Positions 30,471-64,000 of a stretch of DNA of 64,000 bases are shown here, in pieces. The DNA is from the human T2T-CHM13v2.0 reference genome, Homo sapiens. Numbering within the stretch: position 1 is the stretch's first letter; each line of letters begins with the position of its first letter. A program made the translations under genes and the position numbers. Under the pieces are notes generated by a model. It was not told the DNA's origin, ran no database searches, and saw nothing but the letters and a program-made list of their open reading frames with translations. Location: the NCBI RefSeq assembly GCF_009914755.1, contig NC_060925.1. One strand, given 5' to 3'.

Positions 30471-31970
30471 ATGAAAGGGAATTTCATCCACAAGCCGACC
30501 ACGGCATTCGAGTATAAAATTTATTTCTTGTGGTCCTTTTGATAAAAATTTCAGATATAATCTATTTCCTTTATGAACAGATCTTTTAATTTAGGCTAAC
30601 TGACTTAAATGTTAATGTTCCTAGATAAGCCAACATTAGCTTTTTATGTCATAGTAATTTTGTTATTCTACTTTGAAAGAAATAGAAATGACTTGGACTT
30701 TGTGGAGTCATTTAAGAACAAAATTTGTACCTAATTGTACCTGACTGCTTTGTGACTGGAAGAATTATTTTACATCTCGGAGCTTCAGTTTTTCCATTTA
30801 TAAAACAGGAATAAGTATAGCTATCCCGTAGGGTTGTTATATTTTCCATTTAGCTGTCTTTATCAATTCAATTTAGCAAGGTTACTTTTAAAAAGAAAGC
30901 TAATAATTGTCATTATTAGAAAGCTAATAAAAGTAATTAACTTGTGCTTCTTTCAGAACCTAGGAAAGAACTGCCCAGAAATGAGCGCCTCTACCCTTGT
31001 TATACTGAGGAATCAAAGCTGGAATTTCAAAATATTTTAACTTTTATGTCAGTTTTTGTGACATTTTTATATTTCTATTAGTGCTTGACTTTTTAGTTTT
31101 ACGGTTTTTCTTGGACAGATTATAGCATGGTAAAAATAACAGAGTAAAATTTTAGATCTGTGTTTATCAATGGAAGCCTGCTCCAGAGTCTGCAAGAACT
31201 ATAGTTCATCACCTGACAGCTTATAAGAAAAGCAGATTGTTTGTAAATTACATTACTATTATATACCCCATATAATCTTTGACTGGAAGTTGGTAACATC
31301 ATTAGGTGGATGTTAGCATACTGAAATGTTACTTGTTCATCTTTACAAAACAAATCATGTTTGGAATGAGAAAACAACCTTTAGATGCAGTATATATCCT
31401 GAACATACTTGAGTATAAATTTTTAGCTAACATAGGGAAGCATAGTAAAGTATATCCTTTGTAACTTCGCAACTCAAGGACAAAATGAAAGGTCATTCAT
31501 TGAATCTAGTAAAGGTACATAATTAACCCTAGCTTTCTCACTATAAGGTTTATAAATTAGTACTCTCCAATAGGATTTTTCAGGGGAGGAGCGACATTTG
31601 TGACATTGGTAGGATAGGGTACATGGTATGCTTTATTAAATTGTATAAACTTAGGTTTTAAAGGCATAAGCCAACAGCTTTGCAAATATGTATTTTTTTT
31701 TAATGGCAAAAGTTAACACCTGAAGTGAAGAGTGAAGTCAGGCTATATGGATAATGGAATTTGATATGATGTTACATTTTACGACTAAGTGTGGCTATTT
31801 GTTTAGTATTCTTCATTTATGTTGCTAGTTCTTATAGGGCTTATGGTTACCTCCTTAGCACTACATTGAGATTCTGTTGTTTGAAAGCTTAATTTTTAAA
31901 AAGATGTAAATATCTTTTAAAGGCTAAGAGAATGAAAGGATTTGCTTTACATTTTAATGAAACAAATTTA

Positions 31971-32047
31971 TTAGGTTGGTGCAAAAGTAATCATGGTTTT
32001 TGCTATGTTAAAAAATGGCAAAAACCATGATTACTTTTTCATCCTAA
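31971..32047. mobile_element. MADE1 (Hsmar1-derived palindromic MITE)
   Basis: ta|ttaggttggtgcaaaagtaat...atggcaaaaaccatgattacttttt...cctaa|ta; ~80-bp palindrome flanked by TA. Confidence 0.9.
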
Positions 32048-32115
32048 TACAATTGACATTAAATACTTAATAAATTATATAAAACAATATTTACAGTAAA
32101 AATTTCAAAACCTTA

Positions 32116-32436
<321 letters not shown>

Positions 32437-32504
32437 ATCTCTCTTAAGTTTATATACCTACCTTCTTAAATAGAGTATGAGTCTGATTTATACTTTTCCT
32501 CTCA

Positions 32505-33450
32505 TTAAAAATATTGAGTGTCTGTTGTGTGCAAGGTGCTGTGCTAGTAGACAAGGAGTTGTGATGAGCATTCTTAAAATCTGTAATATGTAATATGAAG
32601 AAAAACTAGAAGTGCTGTGAGAGCATAAAATAGGATTATCCTTAATCTAGATGGAGTTCAGGTGGGGCTTTCTGAAGCAGTAATGTTCTGACTGAGATAA
32701 AAGATGAGTGGTAATTAAGCAGACGAAGGGGGAAGAGGTGTTGCTAGCAGAGTCTTTTATAAAGACCCCTAGTGTGAAAGAAGCAGGGTATACTGGAGAA
32801 ACTAGAAGTCCAGTCCAGAAGTCCAGAAATGAGCCCGGAGATCAAGGAGTGAAGAGTAGTGGAAGTAGAGTTCAGAGACTGTCGAATGTTGTAGGACAGT
32901 TTAGATTTTGTTCTTTACCCTCAGAGTAGTGGGAAGTCATTAAAGTGTTTTAAAGGGACAATTGATAGATCAGATTTGCATTTTTAAAAGATTCCTCTGA
33001 CAGCTGTTGGGAGAACAGAATGAAATGGGGCAAGAATGAAGTGGAGGAAACAAAGCCAAGGGATGGTTCTTGAATGAGAGTGGCTGAAGAAGAAATAAAG
33101 AGAAATCAACAGATTCAAGATATAGTTAGTAGATAACATTTTTTGGAGTTGATAGATGTTAGGGGTTTGGGAGAAAGTTGTCATGGAGGACTTCCAGGTT
33201 TCTTCCTTCCACAATTGGAAAGCTATGATGCATTTGCTAAGATGAAACAACCTTACAAAGAGAACTAGAGATAGGGGATGGGAATGGGTCCTGAGTTCAG
33301 TTTTGGACCTCTTGAACACAGGCAATTCTTGATGAATTTGAGAGGGGAAAAAAGAGGCAGCAGCTAGAGGGGAACGTGGGGCAGAAGGTTTTTAAAATGT
33401 GTGAGATACTTGGACATGTTAAAATGCTGAAGAGAAGGAAAGATCCAAAT
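32505..33450 (-). mobile_element. L2 relic
   Basis: attgagtgtctgttgtgtgcaaggtgctgtgctag...gggaagtcattaaagtgttttaa...cagatttgcatttttaaaagat motifs. Confidence 0.65.
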
Positions 33451-34121
33451 GAAGTGAGGGAAGTCTCAAAATTGGTGCAAGGGAAGGGGTAAATCAAAGG
33501 AACAGTCCTTAAGAAGGGTTAGCAAGAACATACCTAAGTGGAATTATTGTTCTTAAATATTAAATAAGAGGTGCAATACCTCTAGTGTTTTAACAAGAGA
33601 AAGTAAGAAGCAAGCTGTATAAATGTAGTACATATTTAGTAAGTGGGAATTGTTTTCCCTGAGGTATGGAACTGTCATTTGGAGGTGAGGAAGGGACATA
33701 GGAATCAGTAGCTTGAGAAGAGGGGAAATTTGAAATAGTTATGGTGACTAGTGAATTGAGAAACATAGTAGGTTTTTTTGGCAGCATTGAGAGAATTTTT
33801 AAAAAGTTAATATCATTTAATATTATCTTAAGTAAATCACATGTGAAGGAAAACAGCAAGAAAGTGGACTCTACTTAGCAGAAGAGGTCACTTAACTTTT
33901 AAGTGGTCCTTAAACTTTTAAGTATTGGCATTAATTTGCCAAGACCTTGTGCTACCCTGATGTTAAAGTAGGGATGCTGTTTGCAGTGCCACAAATATAG
34001 CTGCTGTATATCCTTATCGTAGTATATGATTTCACCTAACTTTTAGTGTTATTTATATGTTAGTTAGGCCTCGTTTGTTTCTAACTGATACTCTTTTTTT
34101 TTTTTTTTTTTTTCTATCTAG

Positions 34122-63791
<29,670 letters not shown>

Positions 63792-64000
63792 GTAAGCTGT
63801 ATTTGAACTATAAAGCAGGTAGAGGAAGGCTCACACAAAAGGCAAGATTTTTCATTTTGTTCTAAAGCCATGAGAATTGGCCGTCCTGGAAGTTTAAATG
63901 CATTATTTAATTGCATAGTAAGGTTATATAAAGAGCTGTGATAGATGGTTACTTTTTCAATTCTTGGGAATTGTGAGTGAAAAAAAAATCTCAGCCTGAT

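Overview
Primate, almost certainly human, genomic DNA: AT-rich, CpG-poor and dense in Alu, L1, L2, MIR, MER and MLT relics. It lies inside the nonsense-mediated decay (NMD) factor gene SMG7 on the + strand. The first ~34 kb are the distal part of the long first intron; the promoter and exon 1 are not in the window. Thirteen coding exons (2-14, 34122-63791) have GT-AG boundaries and splice into one open frame (R|QAEVLKADMTDSKLGP...KQNVAVQ) that matches my recollection of SMG7 residues ~10-614. The gene continues past the window end. Apart from those overlapping real exons, the ORF-track entries are Alu/L1-derived or chance ORFs. The most interesting signal is a set of candidate alternative exons with good splice sites in introns 1, 3, 4, 5 and 11. 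Several put an in-frame stop into an NMD-factor mRNA (possible poison-exon autoregulation); others are in-frame microexons inside the 14-3-3-like domain. There are also inverted Alu pairs, a MADE1 hairpin and several small duplication or template-switch scars. All alternative-exon calls are predictions from motifs and reading frame only, some may already be annotated, and repeat subfamily names and boundaries are by eye and approximate.
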